Part shown: positions 21,457 through 31,982 of the stretch, piece by piece
Numbering within the stretch: position 1 is the first letter of the stretch
Layout: each line of letters opens with the position of its first letter
Assembly: GCA_963707025.1 (NCBI GenBank)
Contig: CAVPOM010000018.1
Span: 32,001-96,000, forward strand
DNA: 64,000 nucleotides
Direction: 5' to 3'
Origin: an uncultured Verrucomicrobiae bacterium
GTDB lineage: Bacteria > Verrucomicrobiota > Verrucomicrobiia > Limisphaerales > Palsa-1400
The notes under the pieces: model-generated
Told to the model about the DNA's origin: nothing
The model's input: the letters and a program-made list of their open reading frames with translations, nothing else
The model's database searches: none
Position numbers and translations under genes: made by a program

Positions 21457-22083
21457 ATGAACCAGAATCCTCCAGAGCCAGCCGCCGCTGTGGAACGGGA
21501 TGAGCCTGCCGTCGGGCCGTCGGCTGTTCCCATCTGGCTGATTCTTCTGCTGGGCTTGCTGGTTTACTGGGGATTGAATTATGTCAATGAGCACGGCGGC
21601 TGGTTCAATGCGCAAGTTTATGAGCCGTTCACCACCTATGCGGAAGTGGCGCAATGCCAGCCGCACAATCCGGAAGGTGACTATCTGGCGTTGGGCGAGT
21701 CGGTGTTTAAAGAATCCTGCATTCTGTGCCATCAAGCCAATGGCGCGGGCAAGGAAGGCCAGTTCCCGCCGCTGGCCGGGTCGGACTGGCTGAATGCACC
21801 GGGGCCAAACCGGATCGTCCGCATTGTTTTGAACGGCCTGACCGGGCCCATCCGGGTTGAAGGAGGTCCCAACGGCCCGGTCGGCCTCAATGCCACCATG
21901 GCGCCGCTGGGAGGCACTTACACCGATGAGAAAGTGGGGGCGGCCTTGACCTACGTGCGCCAGCAGTGGGGCAACAAAGCATCGAAGATCACGCCCGATC
22001 AGGTCAGAACCATCCGGGAAGCGATCAAAGCGCATCCCGCGCCGTTCACGCCGGATGATTTGTTGAAGATTCCGGTGCAATAA
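21457..22083 (+). CDS. Membrane-anchored monoheme cytochrome c
   Basis: TM, CILCHQANGAG, FPPLAGSDW, MAPL, LTYVRQQWGN. Confidence 0.9.
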   Translation: MNQNPPEPAAAVERDEPAVGPSAVPIWLILLLGLLVYWGLNYVNEHGGWFNAQVYEPFTTYAEVAQCQPHNPEGDYLALGESVFKESCILCHQANGAGKEGQFPPLAGSDWLNAPGPNRIVRIVLNGLTGPIRVEGGPNGPVGLNATMAPLGGTYTDEKVGAALTYVRQQWGNKASKITPDQVRTIREAIKAHPAPFTPDDLLKIPVQ

Positions 22084-22147
22084 GAATAGTGAATTGAGAA
22101 TTGAGAATAGTGAAGTTTCTGAATTCTCAATTCTACATTCTCAATTC
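22084..22147. terminator. Inverted heptamer array (GAATTGA/GAATAGT vs TCAATTC); probable bidirectional terminator
   Basis: Fills the gap between the convergent cytochrome c and M20 stop codons. Confidence 0.6.
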
Positions 22148-23514
22148 ATCTTTCCCAGCCGGCGCCAAAGGAGGGCGCTCATGCGCGAGCCTTTTTCGTA
22201 GCAATCCAGGTTGAATTTTTCGTTGGGAGAATGGGCGTTGTCATCGGGCAGGGCCAAACCCAGGAGCAAGGAATCGGCGCGCAGAACTTTTCTGAACTGG
22301 GTGACGATGGGAATGGAACCGCCTTCGCGGATGAGAATGGGTTCGCAGCCAAAGGCTTCCCTGAGGGTGGCCAAGCCGGCCTGGGCCAGCGCGCCGGAGG
22401 GGGAAACCAGATACGGCTCGGCGCCGTGTCCCGCCTCGGCTTGCAAACGCACGGTGGGCGGACAGATTTTTTTGAGCTGCTTGAGAATCGCCTTGCGGAT
22501 GCGCTCCGGGTTTTGCTCGGGCACCAGGCGAAAGGTCAGCTTGGCCCTGGCCCAGGCCGGAATGATCGTCTTGCTCCCCTCCCCCTGATAACCGCTGGTC
22601 AGGCCGTTGATCTCGATGGTCGGACGGGAACTGCGTTGCTCGATGAAATTATAGCCGCGCTCGCCAAACAGCCGCGGCACGCCCAGGGACTTCCGATAGG
22701 CCGCTTCCGTCATGGGAAAGCGGGCCATTTGTTTTCTCTCGTAGGCGGAGAGCGGGGCAACGTCGTCGTAAAAACCGGGAATGGCGACGCGCCCGTTTTT
22801 GTCGCGCAACCGGGCGAGCAACTGGCTCAGGGCCAGGGCGGGATTGTCCACCGTGCCGCCGTAGATGCCGGAATGCAAATCGCGGGCCGGCCCGTGGAGG
22901 GTGATTTCCACGGCGCAGATGCCGCGCAAGGCATAAGTCAGGGCGGGATGATCCAGGCCGGGCATGCCGGTGTCGGAAATGACGACGGCCCGGCAGTGCA
23001 GTTCGTCGTGGTTGGCCAGCAGGAAGCTGTCCAGGCTTTTGCTGCCCACTTCCTCCTCCCCTTCGATGATGAAGGTGAGGTCGCAGGGGAGCGAAGTTTT
23101 TGTGGCCAGATAAGCCTCCACCGCGTTGAGGTGGGCGAGGTTTTGCCCCTTGTTATCGCTGGCGCCCCGGGCGAAGAGGGAACGGCCTTCGAGGCGCGGC
23201 TCGAAGGGAGGGCTTTTCCAAAGGTCAAACGGCTCGGCCGGTTGCACATCGTAATGGCCGTAAATGAGAAACGACGGCTTGGTGGAATGAGGCGAGCGCG
23301 GCGTTTTGGCGACGACGACGGGATGGCCGGCGGTGGGACAAAGGCGGCTTTCCAGGCCGATGTCTTTGCAGTGCGCCACCAGCCACGCGGCGCAGGCGGC
23401 CAGATCGCCGCGATGGGCCGGTTGGGCGGAGACGCTGGCAAAGCGGACGTACTGACAAAGCTGGTCCAGGAAATGCGCCTTCTTTTGCTCCAGATAATTC
23501 AAAACGGCTTGCAT
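22141..23514 (-). CDS. M20 family dipeptidase/deacylase
   Basis: YGHYDVQP, RGASDNKG, EGEEEVGS, DLHSG, GGSIP, HSPNE. Confidence 0.92.
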   Translation of the reverse strand: MQAVLNYLEQKKAHFLDQLCQYVRFASVSAQPAHRGDLAACAAWLVAHCKDIGLESRLCPTAGHPVVVAKTPRSPHSTKPSFLIYGHYDVQPAEPFDLWKSPPFEPRLEGRSLFARGASDNKGQNLAHLNAVEAYLATKTSLPCDLTFIIEGEEEVGSKSLDSFLLANHDELHCRAVVISDTGMPGLDHPALTYALRGICAVEITLHGPARDLHSGIYGGTVDNPALALSQLLARLRDKNGRVAIPGFYDDVAPLSAYERKQMARFPMTEAAYRKSLGVPRLFGERGYNFIEQRSSRPTIEINGLTSGYQGEGSKTIIPAWARAKLTFRLVPEQNPERIRKAILKQLKKICPPTVRLQAEAGHGAEPYLVSPSGALAQAGLATLREAFGCEPILIREGGSIPIVTQFRKVLRADSLLLGLALPDDNAHSPNEKFNLDCYEKGSRMSALLWRRLGKMN

Positions 23515-23610
23515 AAGTGGTTGCCAACATAAGGGAGGAGGACGGCGTTGTCGAAACGAAATTGCGCCTGGGCGCCTTTCAACTTTTTGGGTCGCTGCTC
23601 CTGCTCTGCT

Positions 23611-23687
23611 TCCTAATCTTAATCTTAATCTTAATCTTAATCTTAATCCTAATCCTAATCCGCTGGCACGAAGCAGATTAAGATTGG
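23611..23687. repeat. Hexamer array (CTTAAT/CCTAAT)8 with a short inverted arm at 23675-23687
   Basis: Read directly, between the HDOD gene and the M20 gene. Confidence 0.92.
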
Positions 23688-23746
23688 GCGCAGAAACCGC
23701 CGCCCTGAAAATTAAATTGCCCCCTGCGCCCGACGCGCGGCCGGGC

Positions 23747-25544
23747 TTACTTCAGGGCCAGAACTTTGCGCTCGTTGTCAAATTCGAGCGTGACGGAGGA
23801 AGGGCCGATGGCCACGACGGTCGCGCCCGCGGGAAGCCGGTCTTGCGGCCGCACCCGCCTGCCGCTGATGACGGCGGTGGGGTTGCTTTGGGAATAGAAG
23901 ATGGATTGCAATCGCAAATTGGCAAAGGCCAGGTCCTTGGCCGTGGGAGGCGGCGGCGCGGCGGGAGGGGTTTCCACGGGCGCGGTCACCGCAGGGGGAG
24001 CCTCCGCGACTTTGACCGGAGGAGCCACGGGCGCCGGGGCGGGGGCAGGAGGCGTGACGTCGGCGACGGTGACGGGCGGCTTTGCAGCCATGTTCTTGTC
24101 CGGTGGCACTGCCGGCGGCAGCGCCAGGCGCAAGAAAGCTTGTGTGCCCAGGAGGAAAGTGAGAACAAACAGCACGACCAGGATGCCCGGCGTAAACCCA
24201 ACGCTGCCGCGGAATGGAAAAAACAGCCGGGAGGGCGGGCGCTGGCTTGACCGGCTTGGGCGCCGGCTTGGGCGCCGGCTTGGGGCTGGCCGCGGCGGGC
24301 TTTTTGGCGGCGCCGCTTTCGCCGGGCCGGGTGCGGGCTTCGGGGCCTTCCAATTCCGGTGTCAGGACCATTTCGCGCCAGTATTGCAACCGGCCGTCCA
24401 GTCCCAAATCGGCCAGGTAGGCCTCATCAACTTGGGCGGGGACATAGCCTTCCTTGTCCGGCTTGGCTTCATAAAGCAGGGCATTGGCCACATGGACGGC
24501 GGTCAGCGGGGTGAAGCGTTTGGACAGGCAGCGGGACGGGTTGTGATGGAGGGCGGCCGCTTCCACCAAGTCCAGCGGCATCCCCCACAGCCCCAGCAAA
24601 TAGGCCCCGATCTCGCCGTGACTGGCCCCAAAAATCTGCTTCTCCACTTCCCAGAGCGGGATTTGCTGCCGGCGCGCCAGCGCCTGGGCGCCGCTGTACT
24701 GCTCGTCAAAGTTGGAGGCCAGCACCAGCTTGCCCAAATCATGCATCAAGCCCGCCGTGAAAGCCGACTCGGCCAGCACCGGGTCATCCTGCTGGGTGAA
24801 AGCCAGCCGGCGGCTGATCCGCGCCACCTCCGTGCTGTGGCGCCACAGCCGGTCAATGGAAAAATACACCGGCTTGACTTTATCGTACTGACTGAGAAGT
24901 TTGAGCGTGATGACCATGGACTTGACCGTCTCAAAACCGAGGATGCCGACCGCCTCCACCGGGTCGCTGATCTTGCGCGGCAATCCGAAACAGGCCGAAT
25001 TGGTCACCTGCAGCAGCTTGGTCATCATGGCCATGTCCTTGGCGATGATCGCCCCCACTTCGGCCGTGGTGGTGTGCGGGGATTTCAGGGCGTTGATCAC
25101 TTCCAGGTAAAGGGAGGGGACAATGGGGAAGGTGCGCAGACGGGAGATCAGTTCGCGCAGGCTGTCGTTGGTCAGCCAGAGGTCAATGGACAGGGCCCGT
25201 TCGATGGCGTTTTTCAGGGTCTCGCTGTCGCACGGCTTGGTCAAAATCAGGTGCGATCCTTCCACGTCGGCCATCCGGTTTTCCTTGTCCAGCTCTCCGG
25301 CCAGCAGAATGCGGATGGTTTTGGGATATTCGGCATGGACTCGATCCAATAATTCGACTCCCTCGTTGGCTCCCGGCAAGGCGCAATCGGCCACCAGCAC
25401 ATCGCTGGGGTGGGCGGCCATTTCAGCCAGGGCTTCGTTCGGGCTGGCCACTAATTTGACTGTCCACTCCTTCCCCAGGGCGCGGCCGTATTCCTCCAGC
25501 GTGGGCGGATCAGCGTTCGCGATTAAAATGTGTTTATTGCCCAT
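23747..25544 (-). CDS. Receiver-HDOD protein with Pro-rich linker, TM helix and C-terminal extracytoplasmic domain; 1-nt frameshift near 24188
   Basis: REC-like N-terminus; HDOD motifs (KLLQVTNSACFG, LWRHS, GLMHDLGK, HGEIGAYLLGLW). Removing one G gives WVYAGILVVLFVLTFLLG, in frame with ORF 23747..24175. Confidence 0.75.
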
Positions 25545-25598
25545 ATATCATCATTGGACAGGAACGATCTTGGCAGGATGTTCGCTATCTTACAAGTT

Positions 25599-25626
25599 TT
25601 ATCGGCGGAACCGGAGGCGGACTTGA
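25599..25626 (-). promoter_or_regulatory. Sigma28 (FliA)-like promoter TCAAG..GCCGATAA
   Basis: Minus strand reads TCAAGTCC-N12-GCCGATAA, 55 bp upstream of the HDOD start. Confidence 0.5.
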
Positions 25627-25930
25627 GGGGAAATAAAGCGCCCAGGAACGAGGAAGAATGGAGGAGGAACTGGCAACCAAAAAGAGCCTCCGCCGGCCCG
25701 GCGTGCCCATTCGCCTTCTTGCAGCCCGGCCTTTTCTCAAACCGTTGAGCGGCAAGGGCGCATCCCGCCGGCGCCCTCGCTCCAATCCGTCTCCCTCTGC
25801 CCCACGGGTCTGTGGAGCGGAGGGAGAGCCGGCGGGAGGTTTCCCTGCAGGAGCCAGCCGTGCCAGCCACGGGACTTGGCTTGAATTTCACTGGCCTTCC
25901 CGCGCCGGGGCCGGTAGAGTCCACCCTTTC

Positions 25931-26746
25931 ATGGCACTGCCCATAAAACTGATCTCAACGGATTTTGACGGGACTTTGTTTGCCGAATTCGAGAACCCTC
26001 CGGTTCCACCCGCCCTGCAAACCATCCTCGGCCAGTTGCAGGGGCGCGGCGCCCGCTGGGTCATCAATACCGGACGCGATCTTTCCAGCCTCCTGGAATC
26101 GCTGGGGCGCGCCCATCTGCCTGTCAAACCTGATTTTCTGGTGGTGGTGGAACGGGAGATTTACGTTCGCCGCGATTCCCAGTACCTGGAGTGCGAGGCA
26201 TGGAATCGCGCCTGCTCGGAGGCCCACCGCCAGTTGTTCGAGCGGGTGCGCCCGGATTTGACGCGTTTGACCGCCTGGGTGCGCCAGCGCTTCAGCGCCA
26301 CCCTCTACGAGGATTCCTATTCCCCACTCTGCCTCATCGCGGAGAAAAACCAGGACGCCGAGGCCATTCACCAGTACCTGGATGGTTATTGCCGGGAAGT
26401 GCCGGGCCTGACGGTGGTGCGCAACGATGTCTATGCCCGCTTCAGCCACCGCGACTTCAACAAGGGAAGCGCCCTGGGCGAAATCGCGCGTCTGCTCAGC
26501 GTGGGCCGCGAGGAAACCTTCGCCGCCGGCGACCACTTCAACGATCTGCCGATGCTGTTGCGCGAGCATGCCCGCTGGCTGGTCGCGCCCGCCAACGCCA
26601 TTGACCCGGTCAAAGACGCCGTGCGCCGCCAGAATGGATATGTCAGCCAGCTCCTGCATGGCCATGGCGTGGCCGACGGCCTGGAATTCTGTCTCAAGCG
26701 GGCCACCGTCCTGGGTCTCGTGGACCTGATGGGCAGCCGAAGTTAG
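25931..26746 (+). CDS. HAD-IIB family hydrolase
   Basis: STDFDGT, NTGR, NKG, GDHFNDLPM, PANA. Confidence 0.88.
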   Translation: MALPIKLISTDFDGTLFAEFENPPVPPALQTILGQLQGRGARWVINTGRDLSSLLESLGRAHLPVKPDFLVVVEREIYVRRDSQYLECEAWNRACSEAHRQLFERVRPDLTRLTAWVRQRFSATLYEDSYSPLCLIAEKNQDAEAIHQYLDGYCREVPGLTVVRNDVYARFSHRDFNKGSALGEIARLLSVGREETFAAGDHFNDLPMLLREHARWLVAPANAIDPVKDAVRRQNGYVSQLLHGHGVADGLEFCLKRATVLGLVDLMGSRS

Positions 26747-26947
26747 AGCAGGCTGGCTTTGCGAATACGGAACCCGCTCGGCAACCGGCGCAGCCATTCC
26801 CGCTCCGGGCGGGTCTTGCTTCAGCGCCATCGGTGAAGCGGGTCCTGCGCTCGATGTGCTGGCCGGGTGGACGGAGTCGCGGGCATGAAAAAACCAAATC
26901 GCGCGGTCGGGCTTGACGCCGGCTGGCAGGTGATTCAAATAGAAAAG

Positions 26948-27169
26948 GTGAACGTTCGAGAGTTGAAAAAGAAGGTGAGCGGTGGCGGCTTTCGTCCGTT
27001 TTCGATCTGCACGGCCGATGGGCGGCAGTTTGAGGTCCCGCATCCCGAATTCATTCTCTTCGGGAAATACAGCATTGCGGTTCTCGACAGGCAAGGTTTC
27101 ATAAACAATATAGATCCTTTGCAGATCGTCTCCGCCAGGGAGCTTTCCCGCCGCAATGGCGGCTCTTGA
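26948..27169 (+). CDS. Small hypothetical protein (FRPF..ADGR..VPHPE type)
   Basis: GTG start after a TTGACG promoter-like element; compact motif-bearing ORF. Confidence 0.55.
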   Translation: MNVRELKKKVSGGGFRPFSICTADGRQFEVPHPEFILFGKYSIAVLDRQGFINNIDPLQIVSARELSRRNGGS

Positions 27170-27289
27170 ATCCTTCATCCGGGAAACGCCGCCATCCATC
27201 CGCGCGCGACGCCCCTGGCATGGGGCTGATGCCTCAATTTCGCAGGACCCCGCCTTTTCGCGCGCTGCCCGGCGAAGGAACAAAGTCCG

Positions 27290-27907
27290 CTAACAAGCTT
27301 TCATCGCTTCGGCCGCCAGCGCCGTGATTTTTTCCCAGGCACGCCGCGCCAGCAGCTCCCTTTCCGCCATCCACGATCCGCCCACCGCCGCCACTTGCGG
27401 CAAGGCCAGGTAGGCTGGCAGCGTCGCCGCGGTGATGCCGCCGGTGGGCACGAATTGCACGCCGGTGTGGGCGAACGGCCCGGCCAGCGCCTTGAGCATC
27501 GCCACCCCGCCCGAGGCTTCGGCGGGAAAAAACTTAAGCAGCTTGCATTTCAAGTTCAGCGCCCGCCCCACTTCCGTCGGCGTCACCACCCCGGGAATAT
27601 ACGGCAGGTTGCGCGCCAGGGCCGCCGCCAGCACCGACTCATCCAGGCCCAGCGCCACCAGGAATTGCGCGCCCGCCTCCGCCGCCTGCGCCGCCTGATA
27701 GGGCGTGAGCACCGTCCCCGCGCCGACGGTCATCGCCGGCAGGTCCCGGCGAATGCGCCGGATGGCCTCCGCCGCGCCCTCGGTGCGGAACGTCACCTCG
27801 ATGGTGTGCAATCCCCCCGCCAGGAGCGCCCGGGCCAGCGCCACCGCATCTTCGGGATGGTCAATCACCGCCACGCAAACCAGCCTTTGCTGGAGAACAT
27901 TTTCCAT
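27290..27907 (-). CDS. eda: KHG/KDPG aldolase
   Basis: IEVTFRT, VGAGTV, PGVVTPTE, LKFFPA, PTGGI, GGSW. Confidence 0.92.
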   Translation of the reverse strand: MENVLQQRLVCVAVIDHPEDAVALARALLAGGLHTIEVTFRTEGAAEAIRRIRRDLPAMTVGAGTVLTPYQAAQAAEAGAQFLVALGLDESVLAAALARNLPYIPGVVTPTEVGRALNLKCKLLKFFPAEASGGVAMLKALAGPFAHTGVQFVPTGGITAATLPAYLALPQVAAVGGSWMAERELLARRAWEKITALAAEAMKAC

Positions 27908-28212
27908 GGTTTGAATTATTTGAATTCCTGAAACGTGCCGCCAAACTACACCAGGGCTGTGGCAATGAAACTGCAAAATGGGGGGCGGGAGCGGCAAAGC
28001 GGCGCGGTCGCCCGCGCACTCCTTGACCTGCCGCCACATCGGCCGCGCGCCCGGAACGCCAAGCACCGTGGAGCGCTTAAGGCCGGTTCCGCTGTGGCCC
28101 GGACGCAGGCGTGGTCGCCCCATCTGGAGAAGTCTGTCCCAGACCCGGCCCATTTGTTTTCGCGTGGAATAATTTGCCAACCCCTGACCCAAAGGCTTAC
28201 TATTCCGCCCCT

Positions 28213-29721
28213 ATGAGAAGGATTGCAACCCTGGCGTTTTTGCTGGCCCTGGCCGGCGTGGCTCTGGCTGCCGGGCCGGACGATGATTTTTTGGTTATCT
28301 ACACTCAAATCCAGCGGGCGGACGCCCTCCAAAAAGGCGGCCAATTGCCGGCCGCGGCCACTGAATATCTCCACGCCCGCGAGGCCTTGCAAAAATTGCA
28401 CGCCGATTTCCCGGCCGCCAACGCGGCGGCGGTTACCTACCGGCTGGATTACCTGGCGGACAAGCTCAAGGAACTCGCCCCCTACCTCCCTTCGGCCAAC
28501 GCTGGCGCCGCCGCCCCCAAACCGGCCGTCCCTCTGACCCCCCAACAGCAGGCGGCCATGTGGCAGGAAGAAATCAGTGCTTTGACCAAAGACAAGGCCG
28601 AGTTGGAAATGAAACTCAAGGACACCCTTTCCGCCCAACAGCAGGCCGCGATGTTGCAGGAAAGAATCGGCCAGTTGACCAACGCCAATGCCCGGTTGGA
28701 GATGAAACTCAAGGAAGCCCTTTCTGTCCAGCCGGCCGCGGTCGCCCCCGATGAATTGGCCAAGGCCCGGGCGAGAATCACTGATCTCGAAAAAGAGCGC
28801 GACCTCCTCAAGGTTACCCTGGAGCAACAAAAGGCGGCCAAACCCGGCGCCAAACCATCGGCCTCCAACGCCGACGCCGACAAGCTCAAGGCGGTGGAAA
28901 AGGAGAGGGACGACTTGAAGAAACAGATCGCCGCCATGAAACCAGGTCCCCCGCCTCAGCGCGCCACGGCGTCGGCCGCCGGCTCCAGCGCGGAACTCGA
29001 ATCGTTGCGCGCGCGCCTGGCCGTGCTGGAAGCCGCGGCGGTGCCCTATACCGCCGAAGAACTGGCCGTGCTGAAAAGTTCGCCTTCCGCCGGTCTGCCC
29101 GCTGCTCCCTTGGCCGCGAAGGAACTCCCGTCCAAGGCGCATTCGGTCAAGGATTTGTCTTTCGGCCTCGTCGCCATTATGCGGCAGGCGCGGGGGGACG
29201 CCGAGGCGCGGCGTTACGCCGACGCGGAAAAAGAATATCTCCAAGTGCTCCGGCAGGATGAGAACAACGTGGATGTGCTCTACTACCTCGGCCATGTCCA
29301 GTTTGCCGCCGGCCGTCTGGACGATTGCGAAAAAACGGTGCATCGCGCCCTCGCCCTCGCCCCCAACGACCCCGGCAACCTTTATTTGCTCGGCATTTTG
29401 CGCTATGGCCAGGAGAAACTGGACGACGCCCTCGATGCCTTGAGCCGGTCCGCCGCCCTCAACTCGACCAACGCCGCCACCCAATTCTCCCTCGGCAGCG
29501 TTTTGGCCGCCAAAGGATTGCGCGCCGAGGCGCAGACGGCCTTCCGCAAAGCCCTGGAGATAGACCCGGCCTTCGCCGATGCCCACTTCAACCTCGCCTT
29601 GGTCTATGCGGCGGAGAAGCCGCCCTCCCTGGCGCTGGCCCGCTGGCATTATCAGAAGGCGGTTGATGATGGCCATGAAAAGAGCGACAAGCTGGAAAAA
29701 ATGCTGGCCGAAGGAAAATAA
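28213..29721 (+). CDS. Secreted coiled-coil + TPR protein
   Basis: Signal peptide, coiled coil with a 31-aa tandem duplication, C-terminal TPRs (AHFNLALVY). Confidence 0.85.
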   Translation: MRRIATLAFLLALAGVALAAGPDDDFLVIYTQIQRADALQKGGQLPAAATEYLHAREALQKLHADFPAANAAAVTYRLDYLADKLKELAPYLPSANAGAAAPKPAVPLTPQQQAAMWQEEISALTKDKAELEMKLKDTLSAQQQAAMLQERIGQLTNANARLEMKLKEALSVQPAAVAPDELAKARARITDLEKERDLLKVTLEQQKAAKPGAKPSASNADADKLKAVEKERDDLKKQIAAMKPGPPPQRATASAAGSSAELESLRARLAVLEAAAVPYTAEELAVLKSSPSAGLPAAPLAAKELPSKAHSVKDLSFGLVAIMRQARGDAEARRYADAEKEYLQVLRQDENNVDVLYYLGHVQFAAGRLDDCEKTVHRALALAPNDPGNLYLLGILRYGQEKLDDALDALSRSAALNSTNAATQFSLGSVLAAKGLRAEAQTAFRKALEIDPAFADAHFNLALVYAAEKPPSLALARWHYQKAVDDGHEKSDKLEKMLAEGK

Positions 29722-29784
29722 CCGCCCCGGCGCGGCGGGTCCTGCCACGGAGGCCCATCCGCCCGCCACCCGCCGCTTCCAACT

Positions 29785-30150
29785 TTGAAACCTCTGGCGC
29801 TATTGTGTTGTTCCAATTCGTTGCTCGGCGGTCAATTGGCCGGCCGTTTGCAGGACTTGGGCTATCGCGTCCAGACCGTCCGCGATGCGGCCACGCTCCA
29901 GGAGCAATGCGCGCGCGAAAAACCGCTCGTCCTTCTGACCGAAGTGTCCAACCGCCCCGGGGCCTGCGACGGCATCGCCCTGGTCAAAAAATCTCCCGCC
30001 ACCAGCCACATTCCCGTCCTGGCCTTCTCCGCCTCGCGCGGCAAGGCCTTGCAAGCCGCCGCCGGGCAGGCGGGCGTCTCCCTCCTGGCGGGCACCGCGG
30101 CGATGCTGGAACATTTGCCGCAGTTGCTCGAGCAAGTCCTTCAGCTCTAA
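29785..30150 (+). CDS. Degenerate single-domain receiver-like protein
   Basis: GYRV..EKPLVLL..TSHIPVLAF pattern without canonical acidic residues. Confidence 0.55.
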   Translation: MKPLALLCCSNSLLGGQLAGRLQDLGYRVQTVRDAATLQEQCAREKPLVLLTEVSNRPGACDGIALVKKSPATSHIPVLAFSASRGKALQAAAGQAGVSLLAGTAAMLEHLPQLLEQVLQL

Positions 30151-30173
30151 GCCGTGCAAAATCCCACCGCGAA

Positions 30174-30996
<823 letters not shown>

Positions 30997-31001
30997 ACCG
31001 G

Positions 31002-31940
31002 TCATTCCCCGGCTTCCACCTCGTCGAACAGGCTTTCCAGACTGTTGAGGGCGGCCTTTTGCGGGGCGGGATTGAGATGGGCGCGCATATAATCCAGGGC
31101 GTCGGCAATGCTCTTGACCGAGCGCGGCAAGGTGGCTCCGCTGGCGTTGGCATGACCGCCCCCGTGCAGTTGTTCGGCGATCTTGAGCGCCTCGCCGTTG
31201 CGGCTGCGCAAGCTGACCACGACCGTGCTGTTGGCTTTGCGGAACAACGTCAACAATACCGGATAAGGGGTCGCGCCCTGCTCCAGCATTCGATGGACGA
31301 TGGCATTGGTGTTGCCCACCACCGTGTCCACAAAACCCACCGTCGGGCTGATTTCCGCCACGTTGCGCTTGCTCCATTCCAGGCCGATGGGGTCTTCGAT
31401 GCGCCGCTTGACCGCCATGACTTCGAGCAAGGGATGCTCCAGCAGCCGTTCCAACTGGCCGCCGATGAGGGCGTGCAGATTCCAGAAGCCGTAGGTCTTG
31501 ACCAGGTTGGCGCAATCGTTGGCCGGGACAAAATCGGCATCGTCCTCCAGGAACAAGTCGGCCACATCGTTCAAGCGCACCAGCCGGTCCAATTCCGGCG
31601 AGCCCAGGCCGTGTTGCCGGCACAAATCATAGCACAGCAGCCCGGCCGACTTGGTCAAATCGTGGATCAACACCGCATTTTTCGGGCGCGCCTCCGTGGC
31701 GTGATGGTCAATGATCAGCCAGTCCGGTTTATCCAGCCGCGGTTCAAAACTGAAATCGCACACCCAGGCGGATTTTTCCCGCAGCTCGCGCAATTTCCAG
31801 CCGTTATAATTGTAAGCCTCCAGCCGCGTCTCCGACTTGAAAAGATGCCGGGCCAGCCGCTGCAGGAGCAACCCCGCGACGAAGCCGTCGAGGTCGCTTT
31901 CATGCGTCAGGATGACATCAGGCTTGGGCAATGCGTCCAT
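31002..31940 (-). CDS. DHH/DHHA1 family phosphoesterase
   Basis: THESDLDG, CDF, IDHH, SLRS, GGGHANASG. Confidence 0.88.
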   Translation of the reverse strand: MDALPKPDVILTHESDLDGFVAGLLLQRLARHLFKSETRLEAYNYNGWKLRELREKSAWVCDFSFEPRLDKPDWLIIDHHATEARPKNAVLIHDLTKSAGLLCYDLCRQHGLGSPELDRLVRLNDVADLFLEDDADFVPANDCANLVKTYGFWNLHALIGGQLERLLEHPLLEVMAVKRRIEDPIGLEWSKRNVAEISPTVGFVDTVVGNTNAIVHRMLEQGATPYPVLLTLFRKANSTVVVSLRSRNGEALKIAEQLHGGGHANASGATLPRSVKSIADALDYMRAHLNPAPQKAALNSLESLFDEVEAGE

Positions 31941-31982
31941 GGCCGCAAACTATTCCACTCGAGCCGCACACGCCAGAACAAA

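Noticed and set aside
27985..28130. Possible REP remnant or structured RNA between eda and the TPR gene
   Set aside because: Too degenerate to define arms or assign a family by eye.
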